64,000 nucleotides of DNA. Source: an uncultured Chloroflexia bacterium. GTDB taxonomy: Bacteria; Chloroflexota; Limnocylindria; Limnocylindrales; CSP1-4. The first letter of the stretch is position 1. Each line of letters begins with the position of its first letter. The notes under the pieces were generated by a model. It had not been told where the DNA came from. It did no database searches and was given only the letters and a program-made list of their open reading frames with translations. Below are positions 10,722-21,386 of this stretch, one piece after another. Location of the stretch: assembly GCA_963720755.1 (NCBI GenBank), contig CAVRGP010000011.1, positions 704,001-768,000 on the forward strand, given 5' to 3'. A program made the position numbers and the translations under genes.

Positions 10722-11615
10722 ATGGCTGCGCCCGCCATTCCCGCCGTCCAGCCCGTCGACCAGCGCGCGAGCCGCGGGCTGTGGGGCGATGCGGCCCGTC
10801 GCCTCGTCCGCAACCGACCGGCCCTGCTCGGCCTGTTCTTCATCGGGGTCTTCGTGCTGGCCGCGATCCTGGCCCCGATCATCGCTCCGTACGGTCCGCT
10901 GGAGGGCGGTCTCGCAGATCGTCTCCAGCCGCCCTCGTCGGCCCACCTCATGGGCACGGACGCCCAGGGCCGCGACGAATACACGCGGGTGCTGTATGGG
11001 GCACAAGTCAGTCTCGTGGCGGGCGTGGCGTCGGTCGTGATGGGCGTCCTGATCGGCGGGACCATCGGGGCACTGGCAGGCGGCGTCGGCGGCAAACTCG
11101 ACTCGGTCCTGATGCGCTTCGTCGACGCCATGCTGGCAGTTCCCGGGATCCTGCTGGCCATCGGGATCGTCGCCTTCCTCGGGCGCGGCCTGCCCCAGAT
11201 CATGTTCGCCGTGGCGATCGTCAACGTGCCCATCTTCGCCCGGATCCTGCGAGGCAGCCTCCTGTCCTTGCGCGAGTCGGACTACGTCTCGGCCGCCCGA
11301 TCGATCGGTGCGACCGGACCGCGGATCCTGGTCCGGCATATGCTCCCGAATTCGATGTCGCCGCTGATCGTCGCGGCGACCCTGGCCCTGGCGACCGCGA
11401 TCATCGATGTCGCCGGCCTTGGCTTCCTGGGACTCGGCCCGCCCGATCCTCGCACCCCGGAATGGGGCACGATGCTGACCGATGCCACGAAGTACATCCG
11501 GCAGGCCCCCTGGCTCCTGTGGTTCCCGGGGGCGGCGATCGTGATCAGTGCGATCGGCTTCAATCTGCTCGGCGACGGGTTGCGTGAGTCGCTGGATCCG
11601 CGGATGCGGCGATGA
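10722..11615 (+). CDS. dppC: Dipeptide ABC permease
   Basis: MGTDAQGRD, DYVSAARSIG, PEWGTML, GDGLRESLDP. Confidence 0.9.
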   Translation: MAAPAIPAVQPVDQRASRGLWGDAARRLVRNRPALLGLFFIGVFVLAAILAPIIAPYGPLEGGLADRLQPPSSAHLMGTDAQGRDEYTRVLYGAQVSLVAGVASVVMGVLIGGTIGALAGGVGGKLDSVLMRFVDAMLAVPGILLAIGIVAFLGRGLPQIMFAVAIVNVPIFARILRGSLLSLRESDYVSAARSIGATGPRILVRHMLPNSMSPLIVAATLALATAIIDVAGLGFLGLGPPDPRTPEWGTMLTDATKYIRQAPWLLWFPGAAIVISAIGFNLLGDGLRESLDPRMRR

Positions 11616-12862
11616 CGACGGGCACGCAGCCGCTCCTGTCGGTGGACGATCTCGTCGTCCGCTTCCGAACCCACGAGGGCACGATCCACGCCGTCAACGG
11701 CGTGACCTTCCAGCTCGAGGAGGGCGAGCGTCTCGGGTTGGTCGGGGAGTCAGGCTGTGGCAAGAGCGTGACCAACCTGGCCGTGATGCGGCTGCTGCCG
11801 AAACCGGCGGGCCAGATCGAAGGTGGCCACGTGGTCTTCGATGGCCAGGAACTCACGACCCTCCGCGAGGATGAGATGCGCTCCATCCGGGGCCGTGACA
11901 TCGCGATGATCTTCCAGGACCCGATGACCAGCCTCAATCCGGTCCTGACCGTCGAGGAGCAGATGGTCGAGACGATCATGGCCCATCGCGAGATCGACCG
12001 GTCCACGGCACGGAAGCGAGCGATCGAGCTCCTGTCCCTGGTCGGGATCCCGCAACCGGAATCGCGTCTCAGCAGCTTTCCACACCAGTTCTCGGGCGGG
12101 ATGCGCCAGCGGGTGATGATCGCGATGGCGCTGGCCCTCGAGCCGAAGCTGCTGATCGCCGATGAGCCGACGACCGCGCTCGACGTCACGATCCAGGCGC
12201 AGGTCCTGGAATTGATCCAGCGCCTGTCGACGGAGTTCGGGACCGCGCTCATCCTGATCACCCATGACCTGGGCGTCGTGGCCGGGATGACGAACCGGAT
12301 CAACGTCATGTATGCCGGCTACATCGTCGAGTCGGCGACGACGTCCGCGCTCTTCGCGGAACCGACGCATCCGTATACGGTCGGCCTCCTCCATTCCATC
12401 CCGCGGCCGGACATGGCGGAGGGCGAAGCCCTCATCCCGATCGAGGGCAGGCCGCCGGACATGCGGCACGAGCCCACCGCCTGTCCGTTCGCCGCACGAT
12501 GCCGCTGGCGGCTCGATGTCTGCTGGCAGGAGAACCCGTCACTGCGCCCGGTCGGCGCCGAGACGACGGTCGTGCTGACCGGCTCCGAGGCGACCCACCA
12601 GATCGCCTGCTTCAACCCGGTCACCGCGGAGGAGCGAGCTGCCGGGCGGCCGCTCCGGCCCGGGTTCAGCGCAGCGCCGGCCCCAGCCGGGGTCGTCGAC
12701 GAGGTCGCGGGGGAGCGGATCGGTTCGACGGAGGATGTCGACCGCGACTTCCGATCGATCGAAGCGGAGGAAGGTCCGCTCTCGACGGGTCCATCTGCTG
12801 GCGGACTCCCGCTGCCAGCTGAGCCGGAGCACCACCAGGACGGCTTCCTCCATGACGACTGA
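11612..12862 (+). CDS. dppD: Dipeptide ABC ATP-binding protein
   Basis: [36 protein letters not shown]. Confidence 0.9.
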   Translation: MTTGTQPLLSVDDLVVRFRTHEGTIHAVNGVTFQLEEGERLGLVGESGCGKSVTNLAVMRLLPKPAGQIEGGHVVFDGQELTTLREDEMRSIRGRDIAMIFQDPMTSLNPVLTVEEQMVETIMAHREIDRSTARKRAIELLSLVGIPQPESRLSSFPHQFSGGMRQRVMIAMALALEPKLLIADEPTTALDVTIQAQVLELIQRLSTEFGTALILITHDLGVVAGMTNRINVMYAGYIVESATTSALFAEPTHPYTVGLLHSIPRPDMAEGEALIPIEGRPPDMRHEPTACPFAARCRWRLDVCWQENPSLRPVGAETTVVLTGSEATHQIACFNPVTAEERAAGRPLRPGFSAAPAPAGVVDEVAGERIGSTEDVDRDFRSIEAEEGPLSTGPSAGGLPLPAEPEHHQDGFLHDD

Positions 12863-14072
12863 TGCCATGACGGCCCCCGCCAGCGCCACGGCGGGGACCG
12901 ACGGAGTCACGCCACCCCTGTTGCGACTCGATAACCTGAAGGTCTACTTCCCGATCCGGGACGGCATCATCCGCCAGCGTCATGTGGGCGATATCCAGGC
13001 CGTTGACGGGGTCACGCTCGAGCTGCAACGTGGGGAGACCCTCGGTCTCGTCGGTGAGTCGGGCTGCGGCAAGAGCACCACCGGGCGAGCGATCATCCGC
13101 CTGAACCCTCCGACTTCGGGTCGGATCCACTTCGATGGGGTCGACGTCACCGAGTTCAAGGGCGCCGCACTCCGGCAGCTGCGCAGGCGGATGCAGATGA
13201 TCTTCCAGGATCCCTACGCGAGCCTCGATCCCCGGATGACCGCGGGCGGGATCATCGCAGAGCCCCTGGACGTCCACGATGTCGGGACGAAAGCCGAACG
13301 ACGCGAACGGGTCGGCGAGCTTCTGTCGACGGTCGGACTCAACCCGGCCTACGCATCACGCTATCCGCACGAGTTCTCGGGCGGGCAGAGGCAGCGGATC
13401 GGCGTCGCCCGCGCACTGGCTCTTCGTCCGGAACTCATCGTGGCCGACGAGCCGATCAGCGCCCTGGACGTGTCGATCCAGGCCCAGATCATCAACCTGC
13501 TCGAACACCTTCAGGCCGATTTCGGGCTGACCTACCTGTTCATCGCCCACGATCTGAGCGTCGTCCGCCATATCAGCGATCGAACGGCGGTCATGTATCT
13601 GGGTCGGATCGTCGAGATCGCCAGATCGCGCGAATTGGACGTGGTGCCGCTCCATCCGTACACCGTCGCCCTGCTGTCGGCCGTCCCGATCCCCGACCCG
13701 AGCATCGAAGCGCGCCGTCGGCGGATCATCCTCAAGGGCGACGTGCCGTCACCGGTCAACCCGCCGTCCGGATGCCGATTCCACACCCGCTGCTGGCTTC
13801 GAGAGAAGCTCGGCAACCCAGAGCAGTGCGCCACCGTCGACCCGCCGCTTCGGACGATGTCGGCTGGCCACGAAGTCGCCTGCCATTTCGCCGACCAGGT
13901 GGATGGTTCGACCGAACAGGTGCAGGCCACCGGGCGGCCCCGCTCGAGTGGCGTATCCGACCGCGAAGACGCACAGACTGGAACATCCGCGACGGCCCCC
14001 CCGATCCCATCGGTCCCGCCGATCCCACCAACCGTTCCGCCGAGTCCGGCCGACCGGTCCCCGCGGCCCTAG
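12852..14072 (+). CDS. dppF: Dipeptide ABC ATP-binding protein
   Basis: [33 protein letters not shown]; start placed at ATG 12852, overlapping the end of dppD. Confidence 0.9.
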   Translation: MTTDAMTAPASATAGTDGVTPPLLRLDNLKVYFPIRDGIIRQRHVGDIQAVDGVTLELQRGETLGLVGESGCGKSTTGRAIIRLNPPTSGRIHFDGVDVTEFKGAALRQLRRRMQMIFQDPYASLDPRMTAGGIIAEPLDVHDVGTKAERRERVGELLSTVGLNPAYASRYPHEFSGGQRQRIGVARALALRPELIVADEPISALDVSIQAQIINLLEHLQADFGLTYLFIAHDLSVVRHISDRTAVMYLGRIVEIARSRELDVVPLHPYTVALLSAVPIPDPSIEARRRRIILKGDVPSPVNPPSGCRFHTRCWLREKLGNPEQCATVDPPLRTMSAGHEVACHFADQVDGSTEQVQATGRPRSSGVSDREDAQTGTSATAPPIPSVPPIPPTVPPSPADRSPRP

Positions 14073-15850
14073 CCTGCCGGTGGTGGGGGATGCAGGTACC
14101 CGCCGAACAGGGTCGTGAACGTGGTTGACCCATCGACCTGGCCGGCATGGAGTGGGTGGTTCGCATCCCATTGGATCGCATAGCTGAGGGCGACGTCGTC
14201 GGCCTCGAAGCGAGCGCCGTCGTGGAAGGTGATGCCCGGTCGCAGGGTGCACGTCCACACCGTGAGGTCCTTGTTGGGCACGCAACGCTTCGCCAGGTTC
14301 GGCACCGGCGCGGCACCGGTCGGCGCGTAGGCGTACAGGCCCTCGACGAGCTGGGAGCAGACGAGCATGCTGACGGGCTCGAGCGCATCGGCGCACGAGG
14401 GTCCGGTCGGCTCCGACGTGGTCAGCCAGACGAACTGGCGCCGATCGCCGGGCGTCATCCTCGCGAATCGTTCGAGACGAAGTGGTGAGGTGGTCGCCCC
14501 GTCGACGTCCGCCCGGAAGGCAGCGACCGAACCGACGTGGGCGATCGGGACCATGGGCACGTGGGTCCGGATGGCATCGTTCGCGTTCGCATAGGCCGTC
14601 TCGCGCTTGTCGTCGTTAGCCGTTGCGGCACCCGCCGCCAGCGCCTTCGTGACGTCGTCGAACGGTGTCCCGAACTCGGCCGACGCCCCCGAGCCGAACT
14701 GCGGATCCAGGTACGCCCCGACGTCGGGATACGCCGCGTCGCCGACCATCAGGTGGAGCCCGACGATCTTGCCGGCCGACAGGTCCGCGAGGTACGTATC
14801 GGCCGGTTCCGGCACGAGTTCGACGTTGATGGCGAGGTTGTCGAGGAGCTCGGCCTGGATCTCCTGGGCGATGGCCGCTGGATCGGGCATGGATGGAGAA
14901 CCGGTCGTCGGGTAATGCAGGCTCGTGTCGAAGCCGTCCGTGTAGCCGGCTCCGGCGAGCGTCTCGTCGGCCAGGGTCGGATCGTATCCGTACCAGCTTT
15001 CGCCGGCGCAGCCGTGCGGGATCGCGCACGGGGTGTAGTGCGAGGCGACCTCGGAACCGGCCGGCAGCATGGTGTCGTTGATGTGCTGACGGTCGAGTGC
15101 GAGGGCGATCGCGCGTCGGACCTGCTCAGAACCATACGGCGACTGGGTGACGTCGAACCCGAGGTAGACCGTCTCCAGGCCCGACCTCGGGACGAGCGAA
15201 AGGGATACGTCATTGATCGCGGTGGCAACGCCGGCGGCGTCGACCTCATCGATCCCGTCCACTGACCCGGCCTGAAGCTCGGCGACACGCGCGCCCGGAT
15301 CCGTGTCCCAGCGAACGATGAGACGCTCGGCATCGGCCCGGGGGCCCCAGTAGCCATCGTTCCTCGCGAGGCTGATCTCGGTGCCTGGCGTCCAGCGTTC
15401 CAGGCGGAATGGCCCGGTGCCGTTGCTCCGGACGGCCCCACCCGAACCCGCGTCGGACTGCGTTCGCAACCAGCCGGCATCCTCGATGCCCATGGCCGGC
15501 GAGGCAACCTTCGACAGGAATGCCGCGTCCGGCCGGCAGAGCTCGAAGACGACCGTCGTGGGATCCTGGGCGATGATCCTCTTGAGATCGCCGGTATAGG
15601 GGCCGTGCGCCGCATCGGGCGGGTCGGTCTGGCCGCACGGGGCGTCGCCACCGGGTGGATAGGCCATCGCGCTGAATGGGCGATCGCTCGACGTCGACGT
15701 CGACGGGTCGGGCGTGGGGATGGGGGTCGCGAGCACCGGGGCCTGGGTGGGCGGCACGGACGGATCGCACGCCCCGGCGACCAGCACGACGAGGATCAGC
15801 AGGATGCGTCCGACTCCGGGTCGGGCGGCTCGTGCGCGTGCTGGGGACAA
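14069..15850 (-). CDS. Circularly permuted family-5 (peptide/nickel) ABC substrate-binding lipoprotein
   Basis: Lipobox [26 protein letters not shown]; the canonical N-terminal block (PNLA..C...[18 protein letters not shown]) sits at the C-terminus. TTG 15850 start chosen from an upstream AGGAG; start uncertain. Confidence 0.85.
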   Translation of the reverse strand: MSPARARAARPGVGRILLILVVLVAGACDPSVPPTQAPVLATPIPTPDPSTSTSSDRPFSAMAYPPGGDAPCGQTDPPDAAHGPYTGDLKRIIAQDPTTVVFELCRPDAAFLSKVASPAMGIEDAGWLRTQSDAGSGGAVRSNGTGPFRLERWTPGTEISLARNDGYWGPRADAERLIVRWDTDPGARVAELQAGSVDGIDEVDAAGVATAINDVSLSLVPRSGLETVYLGFDVTQSPYGSEQVRRAIALALDRQHINDTMLPAGSEVASHYTPCAIPHGCAGESWYGYDPTLADETLAGAGYTDGFDTSLHYPTTGSPSMPDPAAIAQEIQAELLDNLAINVELVPEPADTYLADLSAGKIVGLHLMVGDAAYPDVGAYLDPQFGSGASAEFGTPFDDVTKALAAGAATANDDKRETAYANANDAIRTHVPMVPIAHVGSVAAFRADVDGATTSPLRLERFARMTPGDRRQFVWLTTSEPTGPSCADALEPVSMLVCSQLVEGLYAYAPTGAAPVPNLAKRCVPNKDLTVWTCTLRPGITFHDGARFEADDVALSYAIQWDANHPLHAGQVDGSTTFTTLFGGYLHPPPPAG

Positions 15851-16016
15851 GCTGGCAGACGCTCCTGTCGTTGATCCACCCCCGGACGGCAGCGACACGG
15901 TTCGAACGGTCGCGACCGACGGGAAGCCTAGCATCGGCCGAGGATGTCGTCGAAATCGATGTGGGGACGCGGGCGGACATCGCTCTTGCAGCGGACGGTC
16001 GCGTATGCTCGGCATC

Positions 16017-16997
16017 GTGCAGACCATCAAGATCGCGCTCGCCCAGATCGCGCCGAGGCTCGGGCAGCTCGAGGCCAACCTGGCCACCCACCAGCGGCTC
16101 CTGGACGAGGCCCGGCAGGGTGGGGTCGACCTGATCGTGTTTCCGGAGCTTGGCTTGACCGGCTACCAGCTCCAGGACCTCTCCTCCGAGGTGGCGATGC
16201 GCCTGGATGATCCACGCCTGGCGGCGCTCGCGGGGGCGACCCACGGGTTGTCGGCGATCGTGTCGTTCGTCGAGGAGTCGGCCGATCATCGCTTGTTCAT
16301 CGCAGCCGCCTTGCTGGAGGACGGCGACATCCGCCATGTCCATCGCAAGCTGTTCCTGCCGACCTATGGGCTGTTCGACGAACGGCGGTTCTTCGCCGCC
16401 GGCGACACGTTGCGGTCCGTCCCTTCGCGCCTCGGGGTCGGGCTCGGGATCGGCGTGTGCGAAGACTTCTGGCATCTGTCGGTGCCCCAACTGCTGGCGC
16501 TCGACGGCGCGCAGATCCTGGTCAACGTGTCGTCCTCGCCGGGCCGAGACCTGGCCGCCACGAGCGAGGTCGGTCTCGGAACGGCGACGTCCTGGCGGAC
16601 CATCATGCGGACGTATGCCCAGCTGACGACGTCGTATGTCGTCTTCTGCAATCGGGTCGGCGTGGACGAGTCGATCTCGTTCTGGGGCGGGTCGGAGGTC
16701 ATCGCACCGACCGGAGAGGCGCTCCTGAGCGCGCCGCTCTATGACGCCGGGTTGTTCATGGTTGAGATCCCCGTGGCGGCCATCCGACGCGAGCGGATCA
16801 CCCTCCCGCTGCTGCGCGACGAGCGTCCGGAGCTGCAGGTACGCGAGCTGCACCGAGTCATCGCCGAGCGCGCCGGGATGGCCACCGATTCGACGGCCGA
16901 GCCGGGCGCGGAGCCGGGGCACGATCTGGCGCCCGCCGATCCTGGGTCAGCGCCGAACGGGTTCGGGCGCCCCGACGAGCATGACCGATACCCATGA
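16017..16997 (+). CDS. Carbon-nitrogen hydrolase (nitrilase family), probable glutaminase subunit of NAD synthetase
   Basis: Catalytic triad motifs FPEL, HRKLFLPTYGLFDE.RFF, VCEDFW; ATGA-coupled to nadE. Confidence 0.88.
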   Translation: MQTIKIALAQIAPRLGQLEANLATHQRLLDEARQGGVDLIVFPELGLTGYQLQDLSSEVAMRLDDPRLAALAGATHGLSAIVSFVEESADHRLFIAAALLEDGDIRHVHRKLFLPTYGLFDERRFFAAGDTLRSVPSRLGVGLGIGVCEDFWHLSVPQLLALDGAQILVNVSSSPGRDLAATSEVGLGTATSWRTIMRTYAQLTTSYVVFCNRVGVDESISFWGGSEVIAPTGEALLSAPLYDAGLFMVEIPVAAIRRERITLPLLRDERPELQVRELHRVIAERAGMATDSTAEPGAEPGHDLAPADPGSAPNGFGRPDEHDRYP

Positions 16998-17890
16998 CCA
17001 GCTCAGATCGGACGCCGTTCGACCTGCCATCGGAATTGTCGATCGACACCGATGTCGCCCGCCGGGTCATCGGCGGGTTCATCCGAGGTCAACTCGAGCA
17101 GGCGGGGTTCGAACGGGTCGTCGTTGCACTCTCGGGCGGGATCGACTCCGGGCTGGTCGCCTACCTCGTGGCGGAGGCGATCGGCCCTGAGCGGTTGCTG
17201 GCGGTCATGCTGCCGTATCGGAGCTCATCGCCGGACTCGCGGTCGGACGCGGAGTCGGTCGTGGCTGACCTCGGCTGCCGGAGCGAGTTGATCGAGATCA
17301 GTGCGATGGTCGATGGGTACTTCGGCACCGAGGGAGATGTCGGCGCCGGCGGACCGGATGCCCTCGAGGCGACGGCGCTCCGGCGCGGCAACTTCGCGGC
17401 CCGAATGCGGATGGCCGTCGTGTACGACCGGTCCGTGACCTGGGGCGGGCTCGTCGTCGGGACCGGGAACAAGACCGAGTCGCTCATCGGCTACACGACG
17501 ATCTTCGGTGACGCGGCCTGTGCGTTCAATCCGATCGGAGACTTGTACAAGACCCAGGTCAGACAGATGGCCATCGCGATGGCTGTTCCGGAGCCGATCA
17601 TCACCAAGGCCCCGTCGGCCGACCTCTGGCCGGGCCAGACGGACGAGATCGAGGGGGGCTTCAGCTATCCGGTCCTGGATCGGCTGCTCTTCTGGAGGGT
17701 CGACAAGCGTCGCTCGACCGAGGAGATGGTGTCCCTCGGCTTCGATGCCGCGATGGTCGATCGGGTGGACCGGATGGTGGCGGCGGCCGAATTCAAGCGT
17801 CAGATGCCCCCGATCGCCAAACTCGGGCCGCGGACCGCCGGCGTCGACTATCTGTATCCGAGGCGCCGCCCGGGCTCGGCCCGGACGTGA
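16994..17890 (+). CDS. nadE: NAD+ synthetase (synthetase subunit)
   Basis: ALSGGIDS, GNFAARMRM, GTGNKTE, DLYKTQV, KAPSADLWPGQTDE. Confidence 0.95.
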   Translation: MTSSDRTPFDLPSELSIDTDVARRVIGGFIRGQLEQAGFERVVVALSGGIDSGLVAYLVAEAIGPERLLAVMLPYRSSSPDSRSDAESVVADLGCRSELIEISAMVDGYFGTEGDVGAGGPDALEATALRRGNFAARMRMAVVYDRSVTWGGLVVGTGNKTESLIGYTTIFGDAACAFNPIGDLYKTQVRQMAIAMAVPEPIITKAPSADLWPGQTDEIEGGFSYPVLDRLLFWRVDKRRSTEEMVSLGFDAAMVDRVDRMVAAAEFKRQMPPIAKLGPRTAGVDYLYPRRRPGSART

Positions 17891-18858
17891 CGTCGCCCGG
17901 GAACGACTCGGGGCGCGGGGTCCTGTACGTGGTCGCGACCCCGATCGGCAACCTCGGCGACATCTCCCTGCGGGCGATCGAGGTCCTCCGGTCCGTGCCC
18001 CTCATCGCGGCCGAGGACACCCGTCACACGCGTCGCCTTCTGGTTCGGCACGAGATCGACACGCGGATGTCGAGCTATCACGCTCGGAGCCCGGTCGGAC
18101 GGGTCGCGGCGTTGCTCGGCCATCTCCGTGGCGGGGCCGACCTCGCGCTGGTCACCGATGCCGGGACCCCGGTTGTCAGCGATCCCGGTGGCGAACTCGT
18201 CGGCGCCTGGGCGGCCGAAGGTGGCCGGGTGGTTCCCATCCCGGGGCCGAGTGCCGTGCTCGCGGCCGTGTCGGCCTCCGGGGTCACGGGTCCGCGCTGG
18301 GCGTTCGAGGGATTTCTGCCGAGGCGGGGTCGCGAGCGGCGCGAGCGTCTTGCCAGGATCGCCACCGATGACCGCGGGACGGTGATCTTCGAAGCGCCGG
18401 ATCGTGTCGCGGCGACCCTGCGAGACCTGGTCGAGGCATGCGGACCGGGCAGACCGGCCGCCGTGTGCCGCGAGTTGACCAAGATGCACGAGACGATCGT
18501 CCGCGGGACGCTCGACCGACTCTCCGCGATGGCGGCGTCGACGGAGATCCCGGCGCGCGGAGAATTCGTGATCGTCGTCGGGGTCGCCGACCCGTCGCCG
18601 CCGGACGCCGCGCCAGAGGCTCTGGACGCGGCTCGGGAGGCTGTCGAGCGGCTCGTCGAGTCAGGGGTCGCTCGTGGAGACGCCGCTCGACAGGTGGCCG
18701 CGACGACCGGACTACCGCGCCGGCGGTCTCTATGGACGTGGCAACGACCGAGGGGAGGAGCGGTGAATCAGACTATCAGTTCCTCAAGTCAGACGGCACG
18801 GTGGATGGCGATGTGTGGCATGGCCAGAACGGCGACTTCCACGACGGCGGTGGGTTGA
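17887..18858 (+). CDS. rsmI: 16S rRNA (cytidine1402-2'-O)-methyltransferase; true 3' end probably 18766 after a +1 frameshift near 18726
   Basis: LYVVATPIGNLGDIS.RA, AAEDTR, DAGTP.VSDPG, FEGFLPR, CRELTK.HE, GEFVIVV. Confidence 0.93.
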   Translation: MTSPGNDSGRGVLYVVATPIGNLGDISLRAIEVLRSVPLIAAEDTRHTRRLLVRHEIDTRMSSYHARSPVGRVAALLGHLRGGADLALVTDAGTPVVSDPGGELVGAWAAEGGRVVPIPGPSAVLAAVSASGVTGPRWAFEGFLPRRGRERRERLARIATDDRGTVIFEAPDRVAATLRDLVEACGPGRPAAVCRELTKMHETIVRGTLDRLSAMAASTEIPARGEFVIVVGVADPSPPDAAPEALDAAREAVERLVESGVARGDAARQVAATTGLPRRRSLWTWQRPRGGAVNQTISSSSQTARWMAMCGMARTATSTTAVG

Positions 18859-18960
18859 TCCCGGGTACCGCGGAGTTGCGGGCCGACGTCCGGACTCGCG
18901 CGCGGAGCGGCGGCGGCACGGGAGGGGACCGCGCCGCCGCCGAAGGGGAGTTGCCGGGGA

Positions 18961-19440
18961 TCAGGCGACCGCAGCTCCCTCCATGAACCCATCCTCGGCC
19001 TCGGCGTCGTCATCTGCGGTGCCGGGGTCGAAGGACGGCTCGACGATCGGCTCGGCGGCCGGCGACCCGACCGCGCCTGCTTGTGCGGCCAATGAGTCGG
19101 CCGCCTGCTGAGCCTCGTAGTCCTTCTTCCGCCGTCCGGAGAGCATCTCCACGTGCGAGGCCACGATCTCAGTCTTCCAGTGACGAGCGCCCTTGTCGTC
19201 ATCCCAGGACCGAGTCTGGAGTCGCCCCTCGATGGCGACCTGCTGACCCTTCCCGAGGTAGCGTCCGGCGATCTCGGCCAGGCGATCCCAGGCGACGACC
19301 GGGTGGTACTCGGCCTTTTCCTTGCCGCCTCCGACGAACTCGTTGCTTGCCACGGTGAACGTCGCGACGTTCTTGCCCGAGGCGAGACTGCGCAACTCCG
19401 GGTCGCGCGTAAGGCGCCCCGTGAGCAGGACCTTGTTCAC
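18961..19440 (-). CDS. ssb: Single-stranded DNA-binding protein
   Basis: MNKVLLTGRLTRDPELR, YLGKGQQVAIEGRLQTRSW, acidic tail. Confidence 0.95.
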   Translation of the reverse strand: MNKVLLTGRLTRDPELRSLASGKNVATFTVASNEFVGGGKEKAEYHPVVAWDRLAEIAGRYLGKGQQVAIEGRLQTRSWDDDKGARHWKTEIVASHVEMLSGRRKKDYEAQQAADSLAAQAGAVGSPAAEPIVEPSFDPGTADDDAEAEDGFMEGAAVA

Positions 19441-19567
19441 GGTCCGATCTCCTTCCCGGTCGGCCGGCTGCGCCGATCACGACCCTGCGTCTCCGGCGGG
19501 ATGACAGGGTCAACCTAGCGAGGGGCGCTGCACGGAGGCTTATCCGGCCGGATCGGCCCGACCAGGC

Positions 19568-21256
19568 TCAGCCCGGGTTGGAGGCGACGCCGCGCTCGCC
19601 TGGTGGCGTCGGTGGGCTCTCGGCCGCACGCGATCTCGTCCGCTTTCGGCGACTGGACTCGAGTTCGACCATCCCCCCCGCGCCATCTGCGAGGGTCCCG
19701 CTCGAGACGTTCGGGACCGGCGCCTTTGGCGATCGGCGGCCGACCATGGTCTTGGGCGGGTCGGTGATGGCCAGGACGGTCGGGTCGGGGCTGGGTGCCC
19801 GATCCGCGTACAGGTCGCAGAAGAGCACGACGAGTTCGGGATCGAACTGGGTGCCGGCGTGCTCGCGCAGCTCGGCGATCGCAGCGTCGTGGCCGATGGC
19901 GCGCTGGTACGGCCGGTCGCGAGTCATCGCATCGTAGGCATCGGCGATGGCCACGATCCTTGCGCCCAGCGGGATCTCGTTCGCACGGAGGCCGTAGGGA
20001 TAGCCATGTCCGGCGAATCGTTCGTGATGGTGGAGGATGATCGGGACCGCGTCGCGGAGGGCGGACGCATGCTCCAGGATCACCTGCCCGATCCGCGGAT
20101 GCTGGATGACGGTCCGCCATTCCGTCTGGGTGAGTGGCGCCGGCTTGTCAAGGATCTCCTCGGACACAGCGACCTTGCCGACATCGTGGAGGAGCGCGGC
20201 AAGGCGGATGCGGTCCACCTCCGCGTCGGGCAGCTGCAGGCGTCGGGCCATGTCCACCACGATCGAGGCGATCAAGGCGGATGGCTGGCCGCGATAGTGG
20301 GGGAGCGGTGCGATGAACGAGGTCAGCATGTCCGTGGCCGCATCGCGCGCCCGGCGACCGATGTCCGCGGCCCGGGCACGGCCGGCTTCGGAGATCGGCG
20401 CCCTCGGCACGCGAGCGTCCTCGTCGGGCTCTTCGAAGATATAGGTCTGATTGCGGCCCAGCGCCTTCGCCGAGTACATCGCGGCGTCCGCGTCGCGGAT
20501 GAGCGCGTCCAGGCGGACTTGCGAGCCTGTCCCACCGGCGATCCCGATCGAGATGGTGACGGACAGGTTCGGGTTGCCCTCGACCTTGAACTGGAGGCCC
20601 TCCACGATCGTCCGGAGTTTCTCGCTGAGGACTGCCCCATCCTCGACGTCGGTCTCGGTCAGGATGAGCATGAATTCCTCGCCGCCGTAGCGGCCGATCA
20701 TGTCACTCGCCCGCAGATTCTGGGACAGCGACTGAGCGACGCCCCGGAGGACGATGTCTCCGGCGGCATGACCATACGAGTCGTTGACGACCTTGAACAT
20801 GTCGATGTCCACGAACGCGACACACAACGGACGTCCGTATCGGGCCGCCCGCTCGACCTCGGAGAAGAGCTCGGCCAGCAATGCATGACGGTTCGGGATG
20901 CCGGTCAACCGGTCGACCGTGGCTCGGGTGTGGCTGTCCGCCAGCGATGCCGAGATCTCGTTGATGGCCCGGCCAAGGCGTGCCTCGAGTCCGCCGCCCG
21001 TGGTCGGCACCGTGACCGTGTAGTCGCCTCCGGCGATGCGTTCGGCCGCCCGGATCAGGCGGCCGTACCGGATACGACCGATCAGCCAGAAGATGACGGC
21101 ACTGACGCTGACCGCCATCGCGACGGCCATGACCGAGGCCGCGAACGGGCGATCGGCCGGAGCGACGAACGGCGCCGCAGCATCGGGCGACCCCACGAAG
21201 AGGATCCCCACCGCCGCCGGCACGGTGACGGCAAGAAGTGCGAGCAGTCGTATCAC
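19568..21256 (-). CDS. Membrane HAMP-GGDEF-HD-GYP diguanylate cyclase/phosphodiesterase
   Basis: Two N-terminal hydrophobic segments, HAMP-like linker, DRLTG..NR, DID.FK.VNDSYGH, RxxD + GGEEF, HDVGK, HHER..G.GYP, ADAYDAM. Confidence 0.92.
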   Translation of the reverse strand: MIRLLALLAVTVPAAVGILFVGSPDAAAPFVAPADRPFAASVMAVAMAVSVSAVIFWLIGRIRYGRLIRAAERIAGGDYTVTVPTTGGGLEARLGRAINEISASLADSHTRATVDRLTGIPNRHALLAELFSEVERAARYGRPLCVAFVDIDMFKVVNDSYGHAAGDIVLRGVAQSLSQNLRASDMIGRYGGEEFMLILTETDVEDGAVLSEKLRTIVEGLQFKVEGNPNLSVTISIGIAGGTGSQVRLDALIRDADAAMYSAKALGRNQTYIFEEPDEDARVPRAPISEAGRARAADIGRRARDAATDMLTSFIAPLPHYRGQPSALIASIVVDMARRLQLPDAEVDRIRLAALLHDVGKVAVSEEILDKPAPLTQTEWRTVIQHPRIGQVILEHASALRDAVPIILHHHERFAGHGYPYGLRANEIPLGARIVAIADAYDAMTRDRPYQRAIGHDAAIAELREHAGTQFDPELVVLFCDLYADRAPSPDPTVLAITDPPKTMVGRRSPKAPVPNVSSGTLADGAGGMVELESSRRKRTRSRAAESPPTPPGERGVASNPG

Positions 21257-21377
21257 CGCCTCAGGCTACGTGCCAACGGGCGCGTGGCGGACCGACCGGA
21301 CGTACCGCGGCGAGGCCTCCGGAAGTACGGTGGTGCCCGAACGTCCCACCGGCGGGCCGGTCGGGCAGGTGGCGTCC

Positions 21378-21386
21378 TGCTATACT
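21378..21386 (+). promoter_or_regulatory. Extended -10 promoter of the pur operon
   Basis: TGcTATACT, about 220 nt upstream of the purA ATG. Confidence 0.65.
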
